Positions 1-11,990 of a stretch of DNA of 64,000 bases are shown in pieces. The stretch's first letter is position 1; the number at the start of each line of letters is the position of its first letter. The position numbers were made by a program, and so were the translations under genes. The notes beneath the pieces are model-generated. The model did not search any database, was not told the origin of the DNA, and saw only the letters and a program-made list of their open reading frames with translations. Source of the DNA: Paraspadella gotoi (taxonomy: Eukaryota; Animalia; Chaetognatha); the NCBI GenBank assembly GCA_051294375.1, contig JBJCIZ010000040.1:62001-126000 (forward strand), given 5' to 3'.

Positions 1-168
1 AAGCTGCAGGCACAACAACCAGGTGTTTTTCCTTTGTCGCCTCCCTCCTTCCCAGGTGGGCGTAAAGAGGTCCCCTACTTTCCCTTATTATTTTTTATTT
101 ACCCCCTAAATGTTTTATTTCATATAATTACCCCTTTCTCCCCCCTTGTTGTGGTACCCTGTTCCAAG

Positions 169-1349
169 ATGGCGGTGGCGAGAGAACCTCAAACGACCGG
201 CGCCGCGTCTTCTATTGGATCGAAGCCTTTAATTCATCCAAGGACGACTCTTGAGAATGGATTAACTTATTCGAAAAGGCAGTCGTGCTTCGCGACCAAT
301 CCCCTCCTCGCGAACAAAAAGCATGAATTCTTTATCAATGGCTGCCTCTCAAATTAGACGCGTTGGCCAGACAATCTTCAAACAGAAAACCAAGATAACT
401 ATGAGGAATTAAAAATTGAACTCATCAATTTCTTCGTTGATCCACAAGATACATATGATTTCTGGCTAAGAAAAAAACTATTAATGGGATGGAAAAGAAC
501 CATTCCGTGCTCTCGCCTCCGTGTTATCACATCGGTGATCAAAGCATGATAAATATCAACCCTGCCAACTAAGGCGGTGAATATTTCTTCACCTCCGCGC
601 CGCCTTGGATAAGCCATATAGGAACGCCATAGATCTAGGTTGCGCGAAGACAAAAGAACCATAGAAGAAGCAAAGAAGATTGCTCAAGGGTTCCATATGA
701 CCCAGGCTTGAAGACGATGACAAAGCAGACAAAGCTGAAAGTAAATCAGTTTCCTTTACAGGCGCCGCTATGAAAGACGATCGTATAAAAAAATCCTGGA
801 AGATGCCTTAGCAAGCTCTGCTATCGAAATGGAAAATCTCCGAAGAGAACCAGAGGTAATAGGAGGCAAATGGGATGATGGATACACAAGTGAACGCCGT
901 CGCAACTTCTCACGAGTCCCTCAGATCCAGAGATGGTTCCGATTCAGAATCGTGGCCCTCCTACAACCCGACGGACCGCAGACGCGACTATCAAAACAGG
1001 CGCGACCGGTTCCGTAGATTGGACCAATCAGACCGATACAGAAGCCCTACGACCGACAGCAGCAGTCGCGACAGCCGTGATAGCAGCATTCTAGCCGCCG
1101 CGGCGAAGAAATGGTCGAAACGAAGGCAGATACTGGCCCCGTGAAGGCAAGACTTTAGAAGAAGAGACAACTACTCAACTCTGGAAGAGACGCCTACAGG
1201 GCCAATCCAAACCGTAGATGAGGAAAGTTATGTTAGCGAAGGCGAATTAGAAGTCCTCCGCCTGTATCGCGAACAGCGCAAACGCGATCGCCAAATCAAT
1301 CCGCCAACTCCTCATCCAACAGCAAATCAAATCTTATTCAAAAAACTAG
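169..1349 (+). pseudogene. gag: Gag of Gypsy A copy 1 (frameshifted by indels)
   Basis: ATG in aagATGgcg; fragments such as FEEWINLFEKAVVLATNP and Arg-rich RDDRRRDYQNRRDRFRR; stop TAG immediately after slippery site. Confidence 0.75.
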
Positions 1350-1381
1350 AGGACGACCTTGCCACGAGGCAAGGCAGGGTC
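1340..1381 (+). promoter_or_regulatory. -1 ribosomal frameshift signal at the gag-pol junction of A
   Basis: A AAA AAC followed by TAG, then hairpin ccttgcc-acga-ggcaagg; repeated at ~18552. Confidence 0.75.
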
Positions 1382-4300
1382 AAATGACAGAGAGTCCCCT
1401 AAATTAGAAACTTTAAAGCCTAAATGGAAAGCAGAGTTCTTCGCTAGAGTGGGTAATGAAAAACTAATCAGTCCTTGCGACACAGGCTGTTCAAAGAGCT
1501 GTGTCAGCGAGGAATTCTTCAATCATCATCACTCTTTGCGCCAAGTAAGTTTAGACCCCTATCCTTTACAGGTACAGCCATAAATGGCCCAAAGTACTAA
1601 CTATAGGCATCGCAACATTAATTTAGAATCAATAATACCTATATGCATATGAATTGTAGAATTGTGCGAGGGCCTTATCCAACCTTCATTCTTGGCTGGG
1701 ACTTTTTCTGTAAATATAACGCATTTCTAATTCCCTCCGAGGGAAAATAGTAATTCTATGGCCTTTCTTCCACACCCTGATCGAAAAACACCCATAGGCT
1801 CTCCGGTTGTTTCTACCGCATCCCCGAGGACACTGTATTCCTGCTAACTCAAAAATGCAGTCTGAATGTCGAGACTAATGCTAGATAATAAAGAAGCCAA
1901 CGAAGCCTCCAAAACAGTCATAACAGAGCCCTTCGCTAATGGTAACGAGAGTTCCTTGCTTGCAAGTGCGTTTCCGTCTGTGTGAAAGAAGGCAGATTCC
2001 TCACAGAAGTCATGAATATTAACCTACAATAGCCACAAAGCCATAGCTGGTTATTAGGCCGGAACAGGTTGAAGTTCTCTCAATAAATAATGGTAAAGTG
2101 ACTGTTAGAGAATTATGAAAATAAAAAAATATTTTAAAAAATTATTTCATTAATAAGCGCACGGAAGCCTTTAAAGATTATTTTTATTACTAAATAAAGT
2201 AAAAAATTTTTTTTTGAATTTTTCAATTTTTTTGATAGATTCTGATAGAGCTTTAAAAGTTAGATTAAGTTATTAATACAATTTTTAAATTTTGTTTTTA
2301 TTGATAAAAATTTTAAAAAACATAAAATTCAGCCATGATGATGATGATGAATTTTTTAACTTTTTTTGTTTTTAACCAATTTCTGTCAAAATTTAAAAAA
2401 TTGTAGTATAACTTTCATTTAACTATTCAAGCTCTATAAGAAATCCGTTCTTTAAAAAATAAATTAAAAAATAAAATTTTTGTCATCTTGTTATATATTT
2501 AATTAATATTTAAAAGCTTCGTGCAAAACCCAATGGAACTAATTCAAAAAGTTGCATGAAAAATCGATTTAGTAATGGAAGGAAAAAAGAAATTTTTTTT
2601 GAGAGAATTAGAAGTTATAAAAAGTGTTCAATTTTGGCCCGCCTTACTGGTTATGTCCTGGGCTATGCAGAATTCCAGACGATGAGTCCTGAATATTTTT
2701 TGCATCAGAACGAATATGGTCTGATGCTTTCTCTAGCGAAGACTCTGGTTATGAATCAGAGGATCCTGGCGACTCTGTGGGTTCCGACTCAGAAAAAGAA
2801 TTCGAGAATGACCCCCCGCTAAGGCAAGCCTCCATTAACACTAAAGAAAAACCCCCGCCAAGAGACATCAATACCCGAAGGAGCTAAAAAGGTTAAAAGT
2901 TAATTACAGCAAATCCGCGCCAGATGAAAAAAAAACCCTATATAGATCAATTGAAAGGAATTACTCGAGGTGAAACATGAAAAAGCTTTTCTCAAAACAT
3001 AATCGGGATTATGGTAGAACGAATCTTATACAATGTAGATCATCATTTGAAAGACAAAACCGGCCCTCCTATGCCATAGCCCTTTACCGCGTACGCGTCC
3101 CGAAATGCGCGACATTATTGATAAGCAAGCCTATGAGATGATCGCTGATGGCCTCTTGGCCATCCACGAGCCCTTACTCCGCCCCGATATTACTGGGCGA
3201 TTATAGATTTCCTCACAGACTTCAGGAATAGTCAATGAGAGTGCAATAAAGTGGTTATCCCCTGCCAAGAATAGAGACTCCCTACAAAAAACTCAAAACC
3301 AAGATTTTCACGCAATGGATCTGACCAAAGGCTTTTGGCAGATCCAATACATCCCGACGATAGAAAATATTTTGCCTTTTCCACGGAATCCATGCATTTG
3401 GAATATTTATAGCTCCCATGGCGCTAAAAATTCCCCCAGCTATCTGTGCGCCCTATGCAATTAGTTTGAGAGGTTTCCCCACAACAATAATTAGCTACAT
3501 GGACGATATCTCGTAGCAGATAAAGACATGGAAAGCCATTGAGCCGGAGAGGCGACAAAGACGACGACACCGTAGACCATGATTATGCATTTATCCCATG
3601 ACCCTCCGAATCAATCCACCCCTTTGAAGATGATTCAGTCTTCTTAGGCATAGATGATCTCGACGAAACAACGGCAGTAAACTTCAATGCAAATGAAAGC
3701 GAACTCAGAAGTTGAGAGAAGAACAAGACAATGACGATTATGAAAGATGGAACGCTCTGTAGGAAAAACTTCCATAACTGAAGCGCCTGGCCCATTTTAC
3801 AAGCAGTAATCCCCGATTTACTTGTAATGACGTTCTGAAACGTTTCCACGGTCAGTGTTTTCCGGCCATCATCAATCAAAAAGATGGTGGAGAAAGTAAG
3901 ACGTTACGCTATCTGGCCAGGGCTAGGCAAAGATGTTGCAAACCATCTCAAAAACAGCAAGATATGCGAACCAGGTCAATGAACCAAACCCAAAGAACAA
4001 AAACACCATTACAATCATCGTTGGCCGAAAATGTGTTTGACCATGTTATATGGCGATCTGCTAGAAGCTACCCACAGCCCCAGGCGGACTGAAGTATGTC
4101 TTGGTCTTCAAGTACGTTTTATTCTCAGGTTATGTGACACTCTATAAACTTAGGAACAAAACGCGACAGGTATTGCCAAAGGCGTTTGAAAACCTAGTTG
4201 CTTCGCTGGCCCTCAAAGTTGTTAACTGTCCGATAATGCGTGGCGAATTCATCGCTGACATTGTCAAAGCAGTTTGGCCAAATTATGGGCACGAAGAGAG

Positions 4301-4520
4301 AACAAGTGTAGCCTACCGTCCGGCCGAATCACAAGGCAAGCGTGGAAACGACAGAACTCCAGGAATACCAAATTAATGTAAATGACCTAAGCCATAGAGA
4401 CTACTCGCAATAATGGGAAAGTCTTGAGATTGATTCACTCCCTGTAAATGGTTTGAATGGTCGTTACAACACTACTGTCAGTTTGCACCCCCCTCGGTCC
4501 CGGTCGTATAATATGACCCC
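1350..4520 (+). pseudogene. pol: Pol of Gypsy A copy 1 (PR, RT, IN; interrupted by MITE)
   Basis: DTG protease, YMDD RT, integrase SDNGGEF-like and AYRPESQG motifs in alternating frames. Confidence 0.88.
2055..2646. mobile_element. hAT-type MITE (family 1) inserted in A pol
   Basis: 8-bp TSD ctggttat at 2047-2054 and 2647-2654; imperfect TIRs taggccggaacaggttgaa / ttcaattttggcccgcctta; AT-rich non-coding interior. Confidence 0.85.
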
Positions 4521-5100
4521 ATAACGCTACGCTCTCGCCCGCACACACGCACGCAGGGTTTGTTTCTATTTATATAGTCTGTTCTTCTACCCGAGCCAAG
4601 GTGAATGCGTTACTAGCAATGATTGTTTATACGTAAGCTTTCGAAAAAAATCGCTACGTAAATATAGCAGAAATATTAGCTGACCAAATCTCTCGGAAAG
4701 ATCCAACCCTGTCTTTGGCAAGATTTTCGCCATAGAAACGATTTTCCCGCGAATCTGACAGTGTGCCCCGTTGAATAACTGCTAGAGATCTCGAATCGTT
4801 TAGCTTCCTCTTTACTTTGTAGCTTTAAATAAAATATTTCACCAAAATTGGACAATTCAAGCTTTCCGCATCCCTCCGCTTCATCACTATCAAGAATAAC
4901 CATAGTTAAGATTGTAAATGAAAAATTGTTTGTTGAGAAGCTCGCTTCACGACCAATAGACTCACATCGGATTCCTGCTTTGAAGTAGTGTCATATTGTA
5001 AAGAGATTGAACCAACATACCTTGATACGGTTGAACATTGATTATTACGTTGAGTCAGTGGTCGGTGAAAGTTGAGAAGATGCGGCCATCTTTGACTAAT
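4520..5100. mobile_element. Low-quality partial copy of hAT-type MITE family 3
   Basis: Noisy colinear match to 36130-36600 at the same position in the A integrase. Confidence 0.55.
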
Positions 5101-5426
5101 TAGAGTATTGCATTTGGATAGACTTTTGGTTTTTCATTTAAACGCAAATCAATCAAGATAGGATTCTCAGTTCTGATTTAACGTTTTGTTTCAGTAATTG
5201 CATTTCTTTCAACTTTTGTTTAGCTGAACATTATCTCGAGTCTTGATTTTGTAGCTCGTCAATGTAATAAATTGGATATAGCGTTATTCCTGATGTTTTG
5301 ATACTCCGCTTCTCATACATGTAACTAGATACACGTTTAACAAAAAGTGAGAGAAACTCTCAAACTAGAGGAGAATCTCTTTCATGCAAATCAATAATTA
5401 AAGACATCAGTTTGATACCAAAACGT

Positions 5427-8400
5427 TGTGGCCTTCCCTGCGGTCAAGCTACAGTAATAATTAAGAGCCACAGTCGTGTGGTGGCCGTCATCGTCTGATA
5501 GTCTGCAGGGTTCGCGTCCCAGTCCCCGTTCACCCTGTCATCCGACGCTACGCCACACATGGTTAGCCCAAACAGGTGAAAAAGTCAAGCCAACCTAAAA
5601 GGGGCATAGGAGGAAGCCAATTCACCCTCGGAGGTAAGATGATTGGAGGTGATTAGAATTCGGGAATATAACGCTGTGGTATCATCCAATCCGCTGACAC
5701 CGCCTTTTCGTTTTCCTACCAATCCGCTTTAACTCGGCCTACGACACGCAAGAGTACAAGGATCCGATGGGAGGCGGTCCGCGAGCATCAGTAATCGGAC
5801 TTCGCTCTCACGCTGACGCGAGCGCGGCGACAGCCATAGCGAGCAGGACGGCGGCGACTCTACAGATTCCTTTCGGGCATCTCGGGCGGCAGAGGCGGAG
5901 GCCAGTGCCGTTTCGCCAGCGCGAGTCAATACGAGTCGCCACGTCCTTCGCCGACAAGCTGCACGTCTAATTGTCGACTTCCAAGTGCTCAACGACCAAC
6001 AAGTTTCAAAAACGGGCCTGGCTGAGCAATCGGCGGTCGCCGCCGAAAGGAGAACATTCGCGAGCGCGGAACATGAGAGACGCTCCGCGCTGCATTGAAG
6101 CTTGGCAGCAACGCCGCAGCACTGGGAGAGGCGTCGAACAGGAAGCCAGAGTCGCTTCCGCAATGTACTTTTGACACCTTGCAATATCAGAGAAATAAGG
6201 GATAAAAACGGGTCGAAAGTCATTCGGTGATATGCATGGCGGCGCAGGAATCGTCGATCTCAAGTTACAAATAAGATCTCCTATGCTCACTTGGAGTTCG
6301 AAATTCGGCGTCACGTTGAATCCAAGATAATGCAGTTCTCTTTCGGCGAGACATGACGGGAGGGGCACGTTGGAGAGTAGAGTTCCTCAGTTAACCTACG
6401 AAAAGAGTGATGTGCCCTTCTTCTGAGCGCCGGGCAACAAGCCTGCCCATCTCCTCGGCACCCTCGAACGTACGATGGCATGCATAGCCGTCCGAAGATG
6501 CTGGCAACTGCTTGTGAGGAGGAAACGAAACATCTGCACGTGCATTGGACGACGTCGAGAAAAGAGGAAAATTCTTAGAGAAGGCGTCCGACTGAAGTAC
6601 GAGTCGTCACCTGAGGGATGAGAGGCGTGAGGACGTTTTATGGCGGAGCGAGTTGTAGTAAAGTTGGCGCGTACCAATCACTTCGTACAAAGACAGGAAA
6701 TATCTGTAAGGATCCGTCAAGCATATGCCGCTCGTCAACATCCAGTCGAAGCTGGAATCAGAATCGCGATCGCGTCAACCGTCGCACATCGGACGGACGA
6801 GCATAAACGCTCGCTGTAGGGGAGGTTTACTTCAACGAAACAATGAACGGAGAGACAAAAGCAGACAAATCCTGAGAAGGGAAAAACGGAAGGCAAAGCT
6901 CGGATCTACCTTATGCAGCCTAGAAGCGACGTTCAAGGTTTGGCGAGGAATGCCTGGTCATCGCGAGCCAGGATGTGCCAAGTTTGCACCGAGAGAACTC
7001 AGAAAACTGGCGAGGAGAGGGTGAAAGCGCCAAAGGGGGGGCGCCGGGACGTTTTTCGTAGGATGTTTGGGAAAAACGGCCGTCCCAACAGCAGATCGTT
7101 CAGCCAGCATCCACATGATTGTATCTCGTATTATGTTCGGCTGGACTCTGCCAGAAGGAAGTGCTGGTGGAACGGGCGGGGCAGATTGGAGTTGGTCATC
7201 ATTCCTGCCAACTCAAGCAGCAGACGCAGAAAATTGGCCCACGCCGGAGATGAGACTACAGGCAGGCGAGACGGACATCGCTCATCAACTGCTATGGGAA
7301 CTAGTTAAACTGTTACTTGTAGGTAAGGAGACGTCATGTTGAATCAGCGAATTCGTCGTCGGCTGATTGTGGACCCGAAATATACTCGGCGCTGCAGATT
7401 TTTTGGCGGAATAAATTTCCTAGCATCCAAAAACCACCGAGATGGGATTATTGGATTTGGACCTGTACAAGATTACTGCAAGATGCGCGGCATACGTGAC
7501 ATACATCAGCGAGGTGACTACTCACGTAGAACATTCGTTGACAGAAAAGGCGAAGAAGTTTTTATACAACTGCTGAGTCTTTGTTCGCCTCACTCTGCAA
7601 CGCCGACTTCTTGAGGCTGGTGGAAAGAGACGAAGCGACGGCGTGACCACGTGCGATCCCAACTGAAGGTCCGGACCATGGCCTATATGGTTTGATCTTT
7701 CTGTGACGCTTGTATGTCGTCTATTGATGGGCGCGTGCTTCTGTTGATATCGTGCGCGTCGCTCGACCCGAAAGTTGGCGGTGGACGAAGAGAGAAGTGC
7801 TAGAATAAAAGATGGGTCGGTCTGCGTTGGCGATAGCGATAACGGGTGTAAAGTCAGAAGCTCGGTCGTCTCCCCGTTGCACGTGGTTGGAAAAGCCGAG
7901 ACGGCGGGTTTTTCTGTTTTTGTGTTGGTTTTTTTAAGCTGTTGTATTGTTGTTTGTATTCTTTGGTTCTGCGTTGAGCTTGGTGCGGGCGCACTGACGG
8001 CGCCGCTGAATGCACAGACAATTAGATGACAAATTACGCCGTCAATACTTACAGACTTTCACGCACAGCTAGAAGGAAAACGATATTCTCGAAGATTGAT
8101 TTACTGGAAGGGTATCATCAAATCCCAGTCAGCCCGAAGATGTCAAGAAGACATGCGGTAATGAACCCCGCTTTGGGGTTATTATGTTTGTTCCCACGCG
8201 TGCCCTTTCGGACTTAAGAACGCAGGACAAAGATTTCAGCGTCTTTATGGACGAATTCTTGGCAGACAGTTCCACACACGTTTTGTGTACTTGGACGCAT
8301 CTTGCGGTAGCCTCGTCATCACCAAGAGGAACACCTCCCAGGTACCTTGGGATGGTCGAGTTTCAAGGCCCTCGATGCCAATGGCTTTGGTGGTGAACAA

Positions 8401-8445
8401 CCAAAAATCTCCATCCTACCGGCAGGATCATTGCGAGTTCTCGAT
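5427..8445 (+). mobile_element. CsRn1-type Gypsy element C, 5' part (putative LTR, gag, PR, RT; truncated; very noisy)
   Basis: SPLHVV at ~7870, KTIFSKIDLLEGYHQIPV at ~8080, PFGLKNA and YLDD-like motifs at ~8200-8300; Cys/His gag motif near 6915-6980; candidate LTR tgtggc...gccaca at 5427-5557 then tggttagccc. Confidence 0.75.
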
Positions 8446-8829
8446 TTCTTAAATTATGCAAGTTGACCAAATTATGCATATTGGTGTTGACGCAGCTATT
8501 GGTTCATTGATTGATTAATTGAAGAGAAAATTATTATTTTTATTTTTATATATTTTATTTTAATAAAAGATGAAAAAAGAAAAGAGATAGAGAAAGAGAT
8601 AGAGAGGGAGAGAGAGAGAGGAGAGGGAGAGAGAAATAGGAGGGAGAGAGAGCCGTTCCAGGGGGCAGGAAAATTCATCCCCCTTGGGGTGGCCCCCAGG
8701 GGAAAGGTTTTTTTAGCCCCTGGGGGATTCCCCCTGGAGTGGCCCCCTGGGGCCCATAAAAAGAGGCTACTGGGGGCCGCCCCCAAGCAGTAATAATTTG
8801 CTTGCCCCTAGCAGCGCCCCCGGGGGAGG

Positions 8830-9634
8830 CGATTCTGAAGGATGACATACTTGTTTGACTTTGCCAAATTCCTGACCCGACTTTCTCCATGTTGAAAAAC
8901 ATCATTTCCAGCTTTGTCTTTCCCTTAGAGCAGCATCATGGGATTTGGAGAAGAACTCACCATTGGCAGCTTCGTAATCGGTGTCAGTTTCATTGCTGCA
9001 TCTTCGATGGGAAATGAGACTGAAAAGTGCGTGAGTGGCATATCATTTACCGGGTTTTTTTCTCCTTCTGCTTCTACCAGCGTTGTTGGCGGCGTTGTAG
9101 ACGGACCTGTCCGTATTTTCATGTCTTGCACGGGTAGAGGCTCAACGATTGGATTATCTAATAATACAGGCAGCATCGATGCAGAAAGCACACCACTGCT
9201 GGCTTTTCTACTTGGTCATCTTCCCTCTCACTTCCTAGCCAAACCTGAGCTTCAGCAACAACCTGGCGTTTCTGCATTTCTCGCATCTCAACTGCGCTCT
9301 TGCAAGGAACAATTCTGTCTCTAACTGCTGACTTGCCTGGTTGGCTCTCGTGCGGCTCATGACGGCGTGAGAAAATTGGTCAAGCACGATGCGGGAAATT
9401 CATATCAAACTGAGTTTCATTCTGCAAGAGATTGCAGAGAATTTCCGCTGCCGTCACCATCAATTGACGATGAATCATCTCTTCAGCAATGGAGTCAGGG
9501 GTCGGGTCATGGTTGACCAAAAGGGCAAATCTCCGGAAATCCTCAACACAGAAGCACAAGGCAAGACTAAAACGCTTCACTCCTAATTCATTTAAATTAT
9601 CAGCATTAGAAAAATAACTCAATAAACTTTCCAT
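8830..9634 (-). pseudogene. Unidentified ~270-aa reading frame broken by indels
   Basis: ORF pieces 9380-9634 and 8925-9191 are linked by open coding-like sequence (DQFSHAVMSRTRANQASQQLETELFLARAQL); no recognisable domain. Confidence 0.4.
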
Positions 9635-10489
9635 GTTTTGTATTTTGGCGGGCTACAAGCTCAAATCAATCCATTTTTGTTCTCTCCGAATTTATGGCTC
9701 AGACAATTATTAGCCAATAATTAATAATAATCTCAGCGGCAATAAACAAATGAGAGACGCAGTGATAATTCGTTTTATTTGATGACTGTGTGAGTGAAAC
9801 CGACCACAATTCTCCTTTCTATCTGCGCGATGTGATAATACATACCCGCCTGTAAACTGAATGAGTCAAAATCTCCGGTAATAAGTAGATTATAGGCGCT
9901 TTGCTCTTGGCGCTGAACTTCAGCTCTTGACACCAGACTTCGAACTTCAGCTTAATGCCCATCTTCTGGCTTCAGCTCAATAGCTCAACTTCGGCTGTAT
10001 CGCCTAACTTCGAATCTTGCGCTAAAAGTTAGAGGTTAGCTCGCTCACCTGCCACCGAGACTGACGTGTATCACCAAGGACGCAATCACCAGCCAGATGT
10101 ATTAAATATCAACTTAGTAATGGGTACTCTCCTGGCAATCCTATCAGCGACAACCACTTACTACGTTCAACAGAGTATATTAGCCATAATGTACAACAAG
10201 TAGAAGGAGAAGTTTAATACCTAAATTAATTTAAATACTTATTATCATTATAACTATCATTTAAACTATCATTTAAACTTACATCTACGGCTTCCCGTAG
10301 ACTAAGTGACATAATTTCACATAAATTAAAGAAAAGAAAAATAATTCAAATCTCAGTCGGCTCCGTGTCCTCGGCACCGCGTCTCTAAATCCCTATGCCC
10401 GGATTCTTAGCGCCGGTTTGCTTAATCGGCGTCCCGGCGCTATGCCAGCGGCGCCGCATCGTGCCGTCTTATTATACAATGGACATTAA

Positions 10490-10630
10490 TTTTTTTTGCA
10501 TAATTTATCATAATTCGATGTTCTGACATGATATAAGTGAATGTCCGACAATATTGAGGGGGCGGACCGACGGACTGACAATGTGAATTATAGAGTCGGG
10601 ATCTTCTAATAAGCAGATCCGACTAAAAAC
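10490..10630 (+). mobile_element. Probable Helentron/DINE-1-like (HINE) element end
   Basis: Degenerate gacg/ggac microsatellite, then gtgaattatagag, hairpin agtcgg(g)atct...agatccgact and an A-run. Confidence 0.45.
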
Positions 10631-10735
10631 TGAATAAAATTTTGTGTAGCATTAGATTGCATCTGGAAATTCATAGAACACATTTTTACCGGGAAAATTT
10701 AAAAGTATGTCATTACAGTAAGTTGTTGTGTTGTG

Positions 10736-11262
10736 AGGGGATTGAACCCGGTACCTAGTGGTCATAAGCTGATGGCTTTACTAAATGAGCCACCGGGTCA
10801 CAACTGAAAGAGTCATGCTTATAGGCGAGGTGAACCTAGGCAATGCCCGACTACATGTCCCCCAAATTGTAACCCACCCTGCACTGCTTCCAGTGGAGGG
10901 AGGGGAGCAATCTTCAGCACGTTCATGGGCCTGGAATCAGAAGGTTGGAATACGCTCGACAGGATGGGCTCACCAGTGTAGATAAGGCGCTAAGTGGGCT
11001 GAAGATGACTATCCGTAACTTCTATAACCCCCTCTAGCAGACATGGAACAGGTCCTGGGCTTGGAACCAGGCTTGAGGGTTTTCCACGCCCACCAGGGCG
11101 GCTTGCGGCCATCCTCACTCTTCCCGCAGGGTAGGTACCGGGTTGGGATTGAACCCGATACCTAGTGGTCATGAGCTGATGGCTTTACTCAATGAGCCAC
11201 CGGGTCACAACTGAAAGAGTCATGCTAATAGGCGGGGTGAACCTAGGCAATGCCCGACCACA
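10736..11262 (-). mobile_element. TRIM 1 with tRNA-like sequence in LTR (Helenus-like); 5' LTR 11262-10977, internal 10976-10856, truncated 3' LTR 10855-10736
   Basis: Minus strand: TGTGG...CTACA LTR, PBS tggtgagccca, PPT-like ttggggga before the second TGTAG LTR; both LTRs contain Box A tggctca and Box B gggttcaatccc. Confidence 0.8.
11136..11207 (-). ncRNA. tRNA-derived (Met-like, CAT) Pol III cassette inside TRIM LTR; not a bona fide tRNA
   Basis: gacccggtggctcattgagtaaagccatcagctCATgaccactaggtatcgggttcaatcccaacccgg; second copy at ~10736-10800. Confidence 0.6.
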
Positions 11263-11990
11263 TATTCACACCGCCTCACGTCCACCATCCTTCAGCCAAA
11301 TCTATTGGCTCAGAGGGGGAACACACCATCCCAGGCGTAGTGTTCCATCCACAGTCCTGACGACTTCCTTCTGCATTGGCAAAGCAAGACCGTCCTAGGG
11401 TAACAGCGCTAGTGACCGAAGGCGTCACTGAGGGTCGAAAGGCCCCAAAGCTAACAGTGAGATGCCCCATCCCAATGGGCATCACAGGCAACCCGGCTGT
11501 TGCCATAAGTGGTGAGCCCTACTATCGAACACACAACCTTCTCATGGTATGCTACGACAAACACCCCTTCCCTGCCAACTTCTAGTATGCTACGACAAAC
11601 GCCTCTGCCCCTGGGGTATGCTACGACAAATACCTATGCCCCCACAACTCCCGCTCTCTCTCTCTCCCACTATGGTAACAGTCATGTCAGACACCTCTCA
11701 GGCTTGAGAAACCTGAGTGATGTCTTGGCCCGGGTATCCTGTGGTGGTATATTCACAATGCCTCACGTCCACCATCCTTCAGCCAAATCCATTGGCTCAG
11801 AGGGGGAACACACCATCCTAGGCGTAGTGTTCCATCCACAGTCCTGACGACTTCCCCATTGGCAAAGCGAGACAGTCCTAGGGTAACCGCGCCAGTGACT
11901 GGAGGCGTCACTGAGGGACGGAAGCCCCCAAAGCCAACAGTAAGATGCCCCATCCCAATGGGCATCACAGGCAACCCGGCTGTTGCTATA
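11263..11990 (+). mobile_element. TRIM 2 (LTRs 11263-11507, 5'-clipped, and 11740-11990)
   Basis: ~245-bp direct repeats ending gccata/gctata; PBS tggtgagccct at 11510; non-coding 230-bp interior. Confidence 0.78.

Larger units (their letters stand above)
1..4520 (+). mobile_element. Ty3/Gypsy LTR retrotransposon family A, copy 1 (gag-PR-RT-IN; RNase H deleted; begins before window)
   Basis: Protease motif DTGCSKSC near 1478; RT motifs (MDLTKGFWQ, YMDD) at ~3310-3510; integrase core at ~4050-4340; same sequence recurs at 17230 and 33820. Confidence 0.92.

Noticed and set aside
5729-6677. Minus-strand ORFs with GDD and YLG, suggesting a LINE or DIRS RT
   Set aside because: They lie antisense to the gag region of Gypsy C in very noisy sequence, and other RT motifs are absent.
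7905-7980. T/G-rich insert in the RT of C, giving a hydrophobic stretch
   Set aside because: Low-complexity burst in a raw-read-quality region; probably a base-calling artefact.
10736-10800. Functional tRNA gene
   Set aside because: Acceptor and anticodon stems do not pair well, and it is embedded in an LTR.
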